Source: Octopus vulgaris (Eukaryota). Taken from it: a stretch of DNA of 64,000 bases. The notes beneath the pieces are model-generated. The model made no database searches, had not been told where the DNA came from, and saw only the letters and a list, made by a program, of their open reading frames with translations. The stretch lies in NCBI GenBank assembly GCA_951406725.2, contig OX597839.1:24676001-24740000 (forward strand), given 5' to 3'. This document shows positions 63,962-64,000 of the stretch, piece after piece. The position numbers and the translations under genes were made by a program. Numbering within the stretch: the stretch's first letter is position 1; each line of letters starts with the position of its first letter.

Positions 63962-64000
63962 TAGCGCTGCTACACTTATACTGTAGAAATATAGAACTTC

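Overview
Repeat-dense eukaryotic DNA with no recognisable host protein-coding exon, so it is probably intergenic or part of a large intron. The SINE families resemble those of octopod cephalopods (Octopus); this is an inference from recalled repeat families, not a database result. Most of the window consists of five recurring SINE-like families, non-LTR retrotransposon fragments (RTE, CR1, R4/Dong-like), three mariner-derived elements (one near full length, DD34D, frameshifted), a hAT fossil, piggyBac- and pogo-type MITEs, Helentron-type elements and many micro/minisatellites. Nearly every ORF in the track comes from microsatellites or SINEs. The most interesting signals are: (1) dispersed hammerhead-ribozyme-like motifs with palindromic helix III and long helix II in probable Penelope-derived remnants; (2) two TTAA-flanked MITE families amplified into tandem arrays, one with AP-1 sites in its spacer; (3) a SINE whose 3' end repeatedly joins GGTA, often inside its own family; (4) a unique two-hairpin island; (5) long dsRNA-forming inverted repeats. 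Boundaries were read by eye and are approximate unless a TSD or TIR is quoted.
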